This document shows positions 43,983 to 59,715 of a stretch of 64,000 nucleotides of DNA, piece after piece. The stretch comes from Eledone cirrhosa. Its lineage: Eukaryota. The translations under genes were made by a program, and so were the position numbers. Each line of letters begins with the position of its first letter. Positions within the stretch are counted from its first letter, which is position 1. The stretch lies in NCBI GenBank assembly GCA_964016885.1, contig OZ024748.1, positions 6,200,001-6,264,000 of the forward strand, read 5' to 3'. The notes beneath the pieces are model-generated. The model worked only from the letters and a program-made list of their open reading frames with translations, was not told the origin of the DNA and ran no database searches.

Positions 43983-44728
43983 TCTTCTTCACACACTTGA
44001 GGCGGGTGGGCAGAGTCCTCAAACACTGCTTCCAGCGCGTCCTGGCAGAAGCAACCCACTCCAACTGATTCGGCTGGATCCCCAAGCCTGACCAGCCCAG
44101 CCCAGCTCATGGATGTTATTCAACGATCTTAACCGGGGTTTATCCTGGGTCCCTGCCAGTTTTTGTTTTTTTTGTCCTTAAAATCTGTCCAGCAATTCTT
44201 TCCTGAGACATTCTATCCACATTCCAATAATATCAACCAGGGGTGGCTCAATAATATCCGAGCAAGGCCCTCTATCGAGTAACGTTACTCTAAAGACCCT
44301 TCAGAGGGACCCCATTCTAACTACATGTCTGTAATATTGGAGCTGTGATCTCTCAGTTCAGTGAAGTAGCGGCTCAACCAGGAGTGACGCTCTGATCTCT
44401 GAACTACGCACTCCATTGAGTAACTTTACTCCAAAGACCTTTCAGAGGTACCCCATTCTAACCACATGCCTGTAATATCGGAGCTGTGATCTCTCAGTTC
44501 AGAGAAGTAGTGGCTCTAGCTGGGGTGTCTCTCTGATCTCTGAATTACGCATTCAATCGCGTAACGGTACCCCACAGACTCTTCAGAGGAACCCATTTCT
44601 AACCACATGCCTGTGATCTCTCAATTCAGAGAAGTAGTGGCTCTAGGTGGAGTGACTCTCTGATCTTTGAAGTACACACTCTCTCGAGTAACGTTACACC
44701 AAAGACCCTTGAGAGGGACCCCATTTCG
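43983..44728 (-). mobile_element. RTE-clade LINE fragment with internal 141-bp tandem repeat
   Basis: Units start at 44277, 44418, 44559 and 44686; minus strand reads EMGSLSRVFGVTLLERV..KIRESLHLEPLLL*IERSQLRYY.HVVRM, like the RTE ORF region after the RT domain. Confidence 0.8.
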
Positions 44729-45122
44729 GCCAGAATTATATATATCTGTTAAATATATGTCAAAGATATCTATCAAATAAGGATTTTTTCCATTGATTGC
44801 TAATATTATTGTTGTCCTCGGTCATGATACTGTTGTTAATTAGCATGTCCTATTGATTGTTGTTGTTAGGTTGTGGTGTTGGTGTTCTTTTATTGTAGTT
44901 ATTGTTGATAGTGGTTAGATAATCTGCTATTCGTGTGCCACCCTGTACGCGTGTATGCATATATATATTTATATATATATATATTTATATATATATATAT
45001 ATGTTTGTGTGTGTATTTGTGTCTGTAGATATACGCTTACTCAGACATCAAGTCACCCTTTCGCTCAAACACACACACTAATACACACGCGCACTCACAC
45101 ACACATACACACATATATACAT

Positions 45123-45243
<121 letters not shown>

Positions 45244-45262
45244 TTATATGTATATATACATA

Positions 45263-45299
<37 letters not shown>

Positions 45300-45343
45300 A
45301 AGTTAAATAAAAGTCAAATGATTAAAATTTAGCTTCGTTTATT

Positions 45344-45398
45344 ACTGCTATATATATTTCAGTGATAGCCATCTTTGGCTGTGACCTCTTCAGGCAGT
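45344..45398 (-). ncRNA. Hammerhead ribozyme, distinct family
   Basis: actgc-CTGAAGA-GGTCACAGCCA-AAGA-TGGCTATCACT-GAAAT-ATAT-ATA-gcagt; 5-bp stem I. Confidence 0.8.
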
Positions 45399-45630
45399 TT
45401 GAATTAGTATGTTATAGACAAGTACATATGTTGTTTAGGTGTATAATATTGTCAATACTCTGATATGCCCAGTTCCCTGTTGGGTTGTTAATTCACTGAG
45501 GATGAGGAACTGGAGTCAACTTTATTTTACACTACACCGGAGTAACCAAACCAACCTGCGCACTTCGTCGAGTGCTCCAGCTTGCATACTGAGGTGTTGG
45601 TATACAACCAACATAAACTCAAAATCTCTC

Positions 45631-45730
<100 letters not shown>

Positions 45731-46277
45731 TATATTATGAGAGAGTAGTACATGAGGGAATATTTGATACTTACACGATAGATTGTATCTACTGATGTTT
45801 GTTGTTGCTGTTGTTAATGTTGTTGTTGTTTACTTTAGAAAAAAATCGTTTGTCCACGATATATAAATAGGTGTCTCAGCTAAACATACGCGAGAAGTAC
45901 ACACATATATATATATGTATATATATATACATACACACAAACACATACATATATATATATGTGTGTGTGTGTATGTATACATACATATATTTTTATGCAT
46001 ACTACGGCGTACACGCATATACACACAGACACACAGACACACACACACACACGTATATATATATGCCTCTTGGCATTATTTATATCTATTCCTTTATTTT
46101 CTTGTCTCAATCATTAGACTGTGGCCATGTTGGGGCATCCCCTTGATTAAATCGATCATATCGACGCCACTACTTATATTTCATGTCTATTAATTATTTT
46201 ATCGATCACGATTTTAATGGAGCAAATAAACACAGACAGGAACTTGAGCTCCGACTGCCAAAAAAGCACGTACACAT

Positions 46278-46362
<85 letters not shown>

Positions 46363-46435
46363 TATATATATACACATATATATATACATATATACATATA
46401 TATATATATATACGTATATATATATATATATATAC

Positions 46436-46502
<67 letters not shown>

Positions 46503-46517
46503 CATATATACATATAT

Positions 46518-46570
<53 letters not shown>

Positions 46571-46607
46571 TATATATATACACACATATATATATATACA
46601 TATATAC

Positions 46608-46667
<60 letters not shown>

Positions 46668-47067
46668 GGTGGCTGCCAACTCGTTTTCGAGTACGGCCAC
46701 TACTTTATATCCATGTAGGAGAACCCTTACCGAAGCGCTGAACGAGTGTAACATTTTAGTCCAGCCAGCGACTTGAAAACTCTGGTACAAACACTACACT
46801 TGTGACAATTATTGCCACATAGTGCTGGGTCCATGGTACCATGTGAGGACAAGTGCAGAGAGATCTCCAGATATAAAGCAATGCCTGTGCCGTGAAGCTT
46901 TTATAGTGAGCAAAGGCACTGCACAAAGCCAGTCCCACTCTCTTAACCAAGATGATATTTACCAAAAAGAAGAACAAGTCAACATCATTGGATACCATCA
47001 GGGTTGCAGGTGTTATATCAGAGTTTTCCTTCTCCTAGAATTCTGCCTTGACAAAGGCTAAGGGGTC
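46668..47067 (-). mobile_element. RTE-like short retroelement, copy 2, in (TA)n
   Basis: Matches 33601-33934 and extends further 5'; (AT)n tail. Confidence 0.7.
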
Positions 47068-47088
47068 ATATATATATACACACATACT

Positions 47089-47130
<42 letters not shown>

Positions 47131-47135
47131 TATAT

Positions 47136-47179
<44 letters not shown>

Positions 47180-47183
<4 letters not shown>

Positions 47184-47382
47184 AAAGTATGACCCCGACG
47201 GCAGAGCTCAAACCGTTTCGACGGCTATTTCTGCTCATGTTCTGAGTCCAGAAATAGCCGTCGAAACGGCTTGAGCTCTGCCGTCGGGTTCATGCATTTT
47301 CCTATATCCCACTCTACTACCCTAAGTATTGAGTACTCTGGTGCGTTATGGTCTATCTGGTTCCTTACCACAATTCCTTTGT

Positions 47383-47384
<2 letters not shown>
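47180..47384. mobile_element. Family A inverted pair in (TA)n
   Basis: ccgacggcagagctcaaaccgtttcgacggctatttctg ... cagaaatagccgtcgaaacggcttgagctctgccgtcgg, then 3' end to cctttgtta(TA)n. Confidence 0.8.
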
Positions 47385-47451
<67 letters not shown>

Positions 47452-47609
47452 ATACTTTGGGAGGGTCATGTTGCCAATAAGAAACACACGCACCAGTTGC
47501 TTTCACTTCAATTTATTATATATTTATAAATTTATAAATTTACAAATCTACAAATCTATAAATTTCTGGTTGGTTGGTTGGTTCCACAACCAGATAGTTG
47601 TTTATATAT

Positions 47610-47654
47610 AGTCATAGTCCTTTCGTCACACACTCTGTGACCTCTTCAGTGACT
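47610..47654 (-). ncRNA. Minimal hammerhead ribozyme, distinct family
   Basis: agtca-CTGAAGA-G-GTCACA-GAGTG-TGTGAC-GAAAG-GA-CTA-tgact. Confidence 0.75.
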
Positions 47655-47888
47655 GGGGATTCCTTTCTTTGTTTCTGTGCCTTTCCTTTCTTCTGCCCTA
47701 CGCCATTTTGTTTCTCGTGCGTGTGTAAGAGAGTGTTGTAGTTTGCTTAAATCTTTCGAAGTTTTCAAAGATTTCTGTTAGTATATAAAGTACTATGTTA
47801 TTCAAAAGCTACAACAATGTCAAATATACGGTACATTTGAAAGCAACGATGATGTTAGTGTGTCACCATTTTTTTTTCCAGTTGCCTG

Positions 47889-47926
47889 TCCTAATATTTC
47901 GGGAGTGAAATCCCTTCATCAGAAAA
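47889..47926 (-). ncRNA. Minimal hammerhead ribozyme candidate
   Basis: tttt-CTGATGA-A-GGGA-TTTCAC-TCCC-GAAAT-ATT-agga; weak stem I with G-U pairs. Confidence 0.55.
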
Positions 47927-47999
47927 TTATAATAAGAAACTCTTAGGAAATATTGTGCTATAGTCAATCCATCGAAATGTGTAAATATGTGTGTATATG

Positions 48000-48093
<94 letters not shown>

Positions 48094-48740
48094 CATGTAT
48101 AGATATAAAAATATATACATATATATATGTACATATACATACATATATATATATACATATGTATATATATATAAGTACCGATATATATATATTTTATGCA
48201 CACACACACATACATATATATGTATATATATATATATATATGTGATTGTGCATATATATATATATAAATATGTGTGTGACTTTGTATCTGAATGGATGCA
48301 AAAACTGAATGTTTATTTTTGTTGAAGCTCATGTTGATACTGTCGCTTTTATTGTTTTTCAGATCCAATATATTAGAGAAATATATGGAAAATATAGTGA
48401 AAATACTTGTAGTACATAACAACGTGTGTGCGTACAATACCACAATTAATTGTAACGTTGTCTCTAACTGGAGTCTATCTGTGAACAGTGTGATGATAAG
48501 GCTAAATGGCTTTCAAATATAGACATCGACTCAGGGGATGAGAATGGAGCAAAGAAACGATATTTTTTACTATACATGATTCTAATCATTACTTCATAAT
48601 AACATAATAAACTCCCACGCGCCGTTACAACAAACACGATTACTCACGCAGAAATACCACTACACACACATACACACACATACACACACACAAACACACA
48701 AACGCACACTCACGCCCACATATATATAGATGCTTATGTT

Positions 48741-48816
<76 letters not shown>

Positions 48817-48893
48817 ACCGAAGTAGTTGTGGTAAGGAAACAGATGGACCATAATATATATATATATATACATATAATTGTTAAATATATATA

Positions 48894-48946
<53 letters not shown>

Positions 48947-48953
48947 ATATATG

Positions 48954-49048
<95 letters not shown>

Positions 49049-49081
49049 GCGTGTGTGTGTGTGTATATATATATTTATGTA

Positions 49082-49150
<69 letters not shown>

Positions 49151-49409
49151 ATGTGTGTGTGTGTAACGGTAGTGTATGAGATACCCACTTATATGTTTGT
49201 TTACATGTGTTATGTTACACAATATATAAATATATTACTATCTGAATCTCTATGTTAATATTAAATTAACTTGGTTAATCTTTCTTTTGATGAACACGAC
49301 ATGAGAGAGTTTCTAAACCTGATTATATACATACATGTATGTATGAATGTTATATACAGTATATACATATATGTATGAATGTTTATACACACACAGACAC
49401 AAACACATG

Positions 49410-49444
<35 letters not shown>

Positions 49445-49513
49445 ATAAGTATGTACTAAGAGTGGGAAATGAAATTTCGTTTCATTTTTTCCGTTTATAT
49501 ATCTATACATATA

Positions 49514-49548
<35 letters not shown>

Positions 49549-49587
49549 TTTTTTTTATATATATATAATATATCTGTATATATAATA

Positions 49588-49625
<38 letters not shown>

Positions 49626-49627
49626 CA

Positions 49628-49681
<54 letters not shown>

Positions 49682-49687
49682 ATATAA

Positions 49688-49773
<86 letters not shown>

Positions 49774-49831
49774 CATGGTGCTGTGCTATTATGTTAGACA
49801 TGGCCTGGCCGAATACTGTCCGAAATCAAAG

Positions 49832-49867
<36 letters not shown>

Positions 49868-50139
49868 CTTCAGACAAACATGAGATATTTTATAATAACC
49901 GACTTGTAACCCTCTCCTTTCTCGGAGTCTCCCTTGAAGAAGTCCATTTAGATGAGTATTACAGAAGGACGGGACCCCTCTGGTTTCGACTCAAAAACAG
50001 GCTACTGCCCACGACACAGCCTTGCTAATCTATTAGAGGTTGATGCGCTCAGGGTGTGAATGCACCACTAATACTAGCGGAGGAGATGAGAAGAAGAAGA
50101 AGAAAAAGAAGGAGAAGGAGTAGATGTTTGTGCTTCATC

Positions 50140-50346
50140 CTAGTAGACCACGTGACGTGCAACATGGCTGGATAACATCTAGGAGCTTGGTGGGTCTCAC
50201 TTGGGGAGCCAGCTGGATCAGTTGGAAACGGTTCCTGGAAGGAGTGTTTGACGTCTCTGCTCCCTCACCCTTCTCAAGAAGAAGAAGAAGAAGAAGAAGA
50301 AGAAGAAGAAGAAGAAGAAGAAGAAGAAGAAGAAGAAGAAGAAGAA
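50140..50346 (+). mobile_element. RTE-clade LINE 3' end with (GAA)n tail
   Basis: Reverse complement of 23395-23510; ends ttctcaagaagaagaag. Confidence 0.75.
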
Positions 50347-50510
50347 ATATGATGGCGCACAAAAGGTGGTGTGTCGGAGATGGAGAAAGAGGTTAGAGGA
50401 GTCACATAACAAGGGAAAAGTTTTTTTTTTTTCGTGACGAGAAAGAATATTTTAAACTAATTTCATTGAAAGGTCTATTTGACATATATTATAATTTACA
50501 TTTCCTTTTG

Positions 50511-50582
<72 letters not shown>

Positions 50583-50749
50583 TATATATATATATATATA
50601 TATATAAATTTTATTTTGAAAGCTTGATAGTGCTTCAGCATGGCCGTACCAAGATGACAATAACAAAAAAAAAAAGAAAAAATATAATTGTAATGCTTTG
50701 CTGTGTGTTATTGTTTCTGTGTAATAGTAGTAGTAGTAATAGTAGTTAT

Positions 50750-50838
<89 letters not shown>

Positions 50839-51118
50839 CCTTTGCTCTTGTTGCTGTTGTCTAATTGTGTTTTGTTTGGCGCAATAATTTGAATTATGAT
50901 CTCGGGTTAAAAATATAAATGTTCTGTGGAGTTTGCAACACGAAAGAAGCTGCAAAAAAAAAGACTTAGTCGCTGGCAGCTGGGGAATAAGGGCAGAATT
51001 GTGGCGGATTCTCTGTTTTCTCTCATTCCCTCGTCAGTAAGGGAACTCCAGTTCTCCTCACTCCTTTCTCTCTCTCTTATCTCTTTGCTCTGTAACTATC
51101 TTTATATGTATATGTCTT

Positions 51119-51239
<121 letters not shown>

Positions 51240-51337
51240 ACAGGGAGAAAGAGACGATTATTAGGAAGAAAAATATTTTTTTTTGCTTTTTCATTTCTTT
51301 CTCTCTTTTTTCTGGGTTAGAAAATGATTAAAACGAA

Positions 51338-51399
<62 letters not shown>

Positions 51400-51417
51400 A
51401 TATATATAAAGATATAT

Positions 51418-51479
<62 letters not shown>

Positions 51480-51497
51480 ATATATATAAAGATATAT

Positions 51498-51584
<87 letters not shown>

Positions 51585-51634
51585 CTTTCTCCCTCTCTAT
51601 TTTTTACACTTCCTTTTCTCTCTATCTTTCCCAG

Positions 51635-51746
<112 letters not shown>

Positions 51747-52045
51747 AACATATACGTACCTACGTCCAAACATGCAACACACAGAGGTACAATGACACGA
51801 ATATATTTTTTAAAACTTTTAAATGGATAACTGTAGAGAAAGGACAGAAGAAAAAGCGATGTCAACAGTGACATTAGATTTATTAGTGATCTTAGCGACC
51901 TTACTGTTATTCTTCTTGTTGTTATTGTTAGCGTTATTGTTGTTGTGGATACTAGAGGGTGCTGATGGCTAATAACGATAAGTGACGTACGTGGGGACCC
52001 GAATAATGATTTGTTGTCGTTTCTAATTGTTGTGGTGGTTGTTGT

Positions 52046-52151
<106 letters not shown>

Positions 52152-52251
52152 TATGTGTGTTAGTGAGAGAGCAACAGAGAGTGAGTATGTGTGTGTTTGT
52201 TTGTGTGTCCATGTGTGTGTGTGTGTGTGTATTATTATTATCAATATAAAG

Positions 52252-52447
52252 GGTGGTGGATTGTCAGTATCGGTAGTGGGTGAGACGCTATCCTTTCAAG
52301 CATAGAGTTACGGCCCTTGCCATTCTGAGTTCAAATCCCGCCTAGGTTATCTTTGACTTTCATCCTTACGAGGTCGATAAAATAAAGTACCAGTAATGTA
52401 CTGGGTATTTGCTGGCCTTGTGCCAAATGTACAAACAATTATTATTA
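52252..52447 (+). mobile_element. tRNA-derived SINE
   Basis: ggtggattgtcagtatcggtag...gagttcaaatccc...gtcgataaaataaagtaccag...(att)n. Confidence 0.85.
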
Positions 52448-52968
52448 CTATTGTTGTTTGTCTCTGAACGAAACGCCACGGGTGTTTACGCTCCGTAAGT
52501 TTTTATTTTTTGTTTAAATAAATTGTTACAAAGAGAGCTTAAGGCCTCAGTCCTTACCATGAAGAAACTACTCTCCAGAATATTCGGGCCGCAGATGGTC
52601 TGTAGTAACAATAAGACCTATTTCTCCGAATCAGATATGTTCTCTATTCCCTATTTTCCTTTGTAATTCCATTATTGATTAACTAATTATGCAATCTGAA
52701 CCTGAGGATGTCGTCAGGATCTACGTAGGCAACCCAATGACATATATATAGTGTTTTTGCAACAATAAAACTTTAAATGAACACCACCAATCCAGCCTCC
52801 TGATATCTTAATCAAACTAATATTTAACCCCGTTCCTGCACCAGCCAAAGGAGTCAATATCAACGATGGAGGATTTGCGTAACGTAGAGTGCTTTTCCTG
52901 CTATTAAATAGTGCTTATTAACTAAACGGAATGACCAGTTCTATCTGGTGGTGAACCACTAAACATAA

Positions 52969-53042
<74 letters not shown>

Positions 53043-54444
53043 ATATACATTTTTATATATTTTTATATTTTTATATCTGCTTGACCCGAATTAGTTGATC
53101 GTTTTTTCGCTGTGCGGATGATTACTTTAACCACCATCTCAATGTGTTTGCCTTTTAACGTAAGTTGCAGCGCTTGCCACACAACTCGGAAGTGTTTTTC
53201 GTTAATTCCTGATCTGAAATTCGATTCTCGCTAATTTTTACTTATATATATATATATATATTAAATGTACTAACTATTCCCTATGTATATCATTCATGTT
53301 TCTACCTACTTTGTAACCCAGCTACAAGTATAAATATAACTTTATAGAGACATTGAACATATTGGGTGGGGAGAGGGATTGTAGCAGATGGTGGTTGTGA
53401 TGGTAATGAAGTGGAGGAGACTGACGACCTTCTATATCCTTTAATCCTCCGTTATTTTCCTAACCATTCACTACTTATCGTGGTAAATAGCTCGTGCAGA
53501 TTTTATGTTCCGTAACCAATTTTTCCTTCATAATGATCCAGTTAAAAAAAGCTTGCATGTCTACTTGCATAATTTTGGGCGCTAGGATTCTAGATGTCGG
53601 TGGATTGGCAGAGTCGTTTCTGTGTTGGATTAAAGATACATCGGCACTTTTAATAGTTCAAGTGGCTCTGCGTTCCATTCCTTCCAATATCCACTTTGTA
53701 TTTCATCTTTATTTCATCTTTAAGAGGTCAATAAATAAACTACTAGTCCAGTAATGCAATCAATTCTCTCTCTTATTCTTTCTTCGGACGAAAATCCTCT
53801 GCCTTCCGATCTAGGATGGGCTTCGTCAGATTTAAGAATGTTTAAGACACAGTACTTCTACGATTCCATCAGGAATTAAAAGCCCTTCACCTTTTTCTTT
53901 TCGGACAACAGAAAACTTTATCAATACACTTTAAATATCAACACATTATATGATGTGTGTCTTTTTTTAAGCTACTCACTGTGGAAATCGACAAACGTAC
54001 ACCCCATCACTCTCATGAATATAAATAACAGCAGATTTTATTTCGAAGTTCTCTTTTATCTGAATTCCCGTGGTTTTCTAAGTACCAAACATAGCTATAT
54101 AAACTGTTTTATTAACCAATCTACATATCTATTTTTGAGATGCTTCCAACTCCGCCTTAATTTTTTATGATGTCTTCTGTCTTATGAAATAATCAGTACA
54201 TTTCTTATAACTACAAACAGCAAAGGTTTGAAGTGGGACGGGAAAACATTATAGAACATTTGCCTTTCGTTATCTGAGTTGTGAATGAATGAATGAATGG
54301 AAGGAATAAATAAATGAATTATTAGTTTCCATTTCCTTTTACATTTGTCTCTATTATATTCACACAATTTAACTTGCCATTATATTTAGACTAATCAGAA
54401 ACCTATCATCTTTAATACTTGATGTTTTTACAACACACACACAT

Positions 54445-54478
<34 letters not shown>

Positions 54479-55079
54479 ATTCACGCACGCACACACACAC
54501 ACACACGCGCACACACGCAGACACACATATATACACACGCACACATACACACATACATACACACACGCATACACACGCACACACACATATACACACGCAC
54601 ACACACACGCACAGACACATACACATACACACACACACGCACACACACACACATACACACACACATATTTTTATTTATATTGACTTTTTTTCCAGATCAA
54701 CTACAGAATTTTCTGTTACATCGCAACACTACTTTTGCTCACTAACCCATCTATATGAATTACATGCCGTATTGAAAGGTTTCTCTGAAAATAGGGTCGG
54801 GAGGGGGGCACTGAGGATAGGATGTGGCCGTAAGGAAGGTGGAGGCCTTAAATGTTTGAGAAGCTCTGACCTAGACTCTAGATTCTAAAAGTAACAAGTG
54901 TTTTACATCAAGAACAGTAGTGGTTGGCAGCGTATTGTTAACATCTCTGCTAAATGAAATGACACGATTCTGTTGACAGAAACGAACACATTAGAAAGAT
55001 GGTAAATAAACCACATCGAGTAGCGTCATGAGACATTCACCATCATATTGTTAATGGACTTGTGCCAAATATAGATACG

Positions 55080-55124
<45 letters not shown>

Positions 55125-55175
55125 TTGCCACTACTACTATACTTACTACTAATACTACTACTGTTGCTGCTACTG

Positions 55176-55214
<39 letters not shown>

Positions 55215-55309
55215 ATACTACTACTACTACTACTACCACCACCACCACCACCACCACCACCACCACCACCACCACCACCACCACTAATACAGCTACTACT
55301 ACTACTACA

Positions 55310-55367
<58 letters not shown>

Positions 55368-55482
55368 TCATCTCTACTACTACTACTACTGCTATATTTA
55401 TTATTATTATTATTATTCTAATTTTTTTATTTGATTTGTTTGGTCTTATTAAAATTGCTATATATTTGTTATTTATTTTTAG

Positions 55483-55525
<43 letters not shown>
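55080..55525. repeat. (TAC)n/(CAC)n/(TAT)n compound microsatellite
   Basis: Direct triplet repeats. Confidence 0.95.
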
Positions 55526-57025
55526 CTATTTGCTTTTTTTATACAGTTCAATACTTTTATACGTAAATAAGTAAATAAATAAGTAAGTATATAAATAAAT
55601 AATACATCGACTACATCAAAGAGAGAGAGAGAGACTATGGTTGACTAAACAGATGTCTGAAACATTTAATAGATGTGACACTGTGGTTTTATCAAAGCAG
55701 CAGAAAAAATTTGCGAACCAAGTGAGATAGAAAACATTTTGTTTTTGGTTTGGTTCAAATGCTAAACGTGTTGTGTTATATAACTAAAGGTGAAGTAAAG
55801 ATTCTGGTTATCTCCCTTTGATAATTGTTTATTTTTTGTTTGTCTTTTCAATCTGGTTTTATGTAATTTTTTTTTTCTCTCAGTTAAGTCTGTCAAATTG
55901 TTTGATAATAACTATATGAAAAGATATGACAACGAAAAGTACAGAAAAAATAAATATTAAGAATAAACAAATAAATAATTAAATAAATATATATGACTTG
56001 TGAAGAACACAAAAGCATTGAAGCGTCGTAAGAAGTGTATGTATGTATGTATGTATGTATGTATGTATGTATGTATGTATGTATGTATGTATGTATGGAT
56101 GGATGGGTGGTTGTATGTATGTATGTATGTGTATGTGTATGTGTATATGTATGTATGGGTGTGTGGATGTATGTATATGTAGGTATGTGTGTGTATGTAT
56201 GTATGTATGTGTATATGTATGTATGTATTTATGTATGTATGTGCGTGTGTGTGTACTTATGTACTTATGTATGTGTGTATATATGTGTGGATATTAAGTA
56301 AAAACGAAACAAACACACAGAGCCTCGCACACACACATATATATACAAATATATATGTTGTATATGTACATGTGTAGGTGTGTAGGGGATTGGTTTTTGT
56401 GTATGTACATGTATGTGTGTGTGTGTGTGTGTATGCGTGTGGGTGTGTATGACATATTTGGGAAAGATCATTTCTTTTGCACTTTTAGACATGACGTATG
56501 GAAAACACGACTGTATTCCGGTTTTATCGTTTAATTTTTAATCAAAGAGTTTTTCAAGATTTCTTTGAAACCACGCAGCGTTTCCAAATTTAAAATCAAC
56601 GTTTCTATATCTTCAGAGACTAAAATTCCTTAAAAACGAAAGAAAACAAAGAAAAGAAAAACAAACAAGAACATTCCCGTTTTGGTACGTAAAGAATGTG
56701 CGAAAATTCCATTTCTAATTGGAACAATGGGAATGATGCGAAATGACTTCTGTAAAAACATTGGCAACATACCTATGAAGATAGACACATGCACGGTCAA
56801 ATACACAGCAAGTTAACAATCTGTACATAATGTTAACTAGGGAAACAAAACTAGTGAAACAAAACAACGAAAACAATGGCAACAGCAACAACATAAGGAG
56901 GCAAGGAAGGAATGTATACACTTTTCTGATTTGTAATTTTAACAAATTCAATGATTACACAAAATAATTCCGTAAAAGACGTCGAGAGAAGAGATTACAA
57001 ACATACATAAACGTGAACATATAAA

Positions 57026-57082
<57 letters not shown>

Positions 57083-57085
<3 letters not shown>

Positions 57086-57238
57086 CGAAGGAAGTGTGGT
57101 AAGGAACCAGGTGCACCATAACGCAACAGAGTACTCGATATTTAGGGTAGTAGAGTGGGTAATAGGAAAAGAGTCCTGAGTTCAGATCTAGCTGGCGATA
57201 CGGCCGAAGTTCAGTCGTAGGGGTCCTGACTCTTTTTC

Positions 57239-57241
<3 letters not shown>
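57083..57241. mobile_element. Family A inverted pair, diverged, in (TA)n
   Basis: aaggaaccaggtgcaccataacgc...taggaaaagagtc / gactctttttcta. Confidence 0.7.
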
Positions 57242-57275
<34 letters not shown>

Positions 57276-57508
57276 AGAGAGAGAAAGAGAAAGATAGATA
57301 GATAGATAGATAGAAAGATGGTTAGAGAGAGTGAGAGAGAAATAGGTATTGCTCCATTATATAAAATAGCAATTCAATAAACTGATATATATGTGTGAGT
57401 AATGTGTATGTGTGTATTACGAAAGCTTACATTGATTTACCTATCTTACTATATGCATCAATACTTATACGCACAAACATATATATACATATATTCACAC
57501 ACACTCCC

Positions 57509-57545
<37 letters not shown>

Positions 57546-57791
57546 ATCTGTGTGTGTGTGTGTGTGTGTGTGTGTATTCCTTGCTCTCCACCTTTACTTC
57601 ATGTGTTCACAGCACATAGTCAATAGATTTACCAAGATATACAAATATACATAAATAACCCACAGATCTGACCAACGGAGAAAATGTGTGGTTCAATCCC
57701 TTATTCACGTATCAGAAGATCTATAGCTGCCTGATAAACCTTTCAGGTACGTTACCATGGTTACTAGATTCTGCTCAGTGTGTTTGTGTGC

Positions 57792-57844
<53 letters not shown>

Positions 57845-57995
57845 AATATACTCTTTGATTGTTATTTGTAATATATATATATATATATGTAAATATGTGT
57901 GTATGTATGTATGTATGTGCGTATGTGTACAAACATCCCCCCCCCCCATATATATATATATATATATATATAAATATACGTGTTTATTTTCATAT

Positions 57996-58026
<31 letters not shown>

Positions 58027-58028
58027 CG

Positions 58029-58060
<32 letters not shown>

Positions 58061-58376
58061 CGTCTGTATGTGTGTGTGTATGCATATATATATATAATAT
58101 ATATGTGCGTGTGGATATGCATGTTTGTGTTTGTATTTGCGTGGGTGTACGTAAATATCATAAATTTACTGGAACTAAACAAAACACCCAAGAGTATTCA
58201 TGTTTAGAACCAGACGGTGAATTAGGGCAACGCTTACACACGTTTCCCCACCAAGGAAGCTGTTCATTTAAATTAATTTTTTTCTCATACCTTTCAAATG
58301 ACTACACAAAAACTCTCAGACCATGTGGAAGAGGGAGACTGTTGCCATGGCTTCACTTGGTATTATATACTTATAT

Positions 58377-58568
58377 GGCGGTGGATTGTCAATGGCGGTA
58401 GAGGGTCGGACACCATGCTATCCAGCATAGAGTTACAGTCTTTGCCATTCTGAGTTCAAATCCCGCCGAGGTTAACTTTGCCTTTCATCCTTACGGGGTC
58501 GATAAAATAAAGTACCAGTAATGTACTGAGTATTTTGCTGGCATTGTGCCAAAAGTAGAAACAATGAT
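58377..58568 (+). mobile_element. tRNA-derived SINE, near full length
   Basis: A box, B box gagttcaaatcc, body gcctttcatccttacggggtcgataaaataaagtacc. Confidence 0.85.
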
Positions 58569-58948
58569 ATCCTTTATTATTTGCCTATCGATTCGTTAGA
58601 ATGTCGGACTTCTGCTCAACTTCATTTGCTCCGGCTCTTTATATTATGAGTTCAAACGCTGAGTTGTATATCTTCGGGGCGAGGCGAGGCTTCCTACTTT
58701 AATGGAGCGGACGTAATAAGTAAGGAGTTAGGTTGGCAGTCATTACGTCTTGGGGTTGATCCTAGATCGGGGTATCTTGAGCAAGTGTCATTTACCGTGG
58801 CATCTTGAGCCTCTAGTCGACCCATGTCTTATAAGTTAAAAGGTGTAGTAATTTTTGTTGTAGGTTGTTTTATTTATAAGTTTACATATAAAGGTGCATG
58901 GCAGAGTCTTTAGAACCGAGGACAGAATACCTTGCAGTATTAGTTCCT

Positions 58949-59006
<58 letters not shown>

Positions 59007-59495
59007 TCTCTCTCTCTCCCTCTCTCTCTCTCTCTCTTCAGGTTCGATATAATATATAATAAAGTACCCGTGAAATGCTGGGTTCGTTAAAATCGATATT
59101 CCCCTCTCTGTAATTACACGGCTTGTCACTAGATTAGACACAACTATTCCACCCCTCGCTACCGAAGAGCAGCTGATTTTGGTCACTTTTCGGAAATTGG
59201 CTCGTTACGTTATACAGCAGCATCTGTTCAGTGGTATATCTACAGGACCACTCATCGCAACACTATCATATCCGACGCTGAGTCTATCAGGAAATTTCCC
59301 TTTCCCCCTCTCTTTTGTGAGTCACCTTAGGAGTATTTACTGCAAAGAATGGAAAGTTTAAGAGGATTTATCTTCAACATATTCACAAAACAGCCGCGTG
59401 TGTGTACATAGATGATATGTCATACCGTCTGACACATTCAGATATAGAGGCAAACGGCACGATCGAGAAATTCGGATTATTGGAGCTTGCATTAA

Positions 59496-59715
59496 CCTTT
59501 TAGCATTTAAACCGGCTGTATCCGGCCAGAATTATCTCACCCCTTTCTGTTCAAGCGGGCTGGAAGTGGCCACTCATACTGATGTTAAGGTATTTTCTCA
59601 AAATAAATAACATAAAAATATCATAGATTCGATATTATGTGAGATAATTATGTAAGGTAAAGCCTTTACCACAAAAATACAATAGTATATATAGAGTAAC
59701 GTAAATGCTAAAGGG
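59496..59715. mobile_element. piggyBac-type MITE
   Basis: TIRs ccttttagcattta / taaatgctaaaggg with TTAA on both sides. Confidence 0.85.

Noticed and set aside
56596-56622. CTGAAGA-TATA-GAAACGTT on the minus strand
   Set aside because: No stem II and no stem I pairing; likely a chance core match
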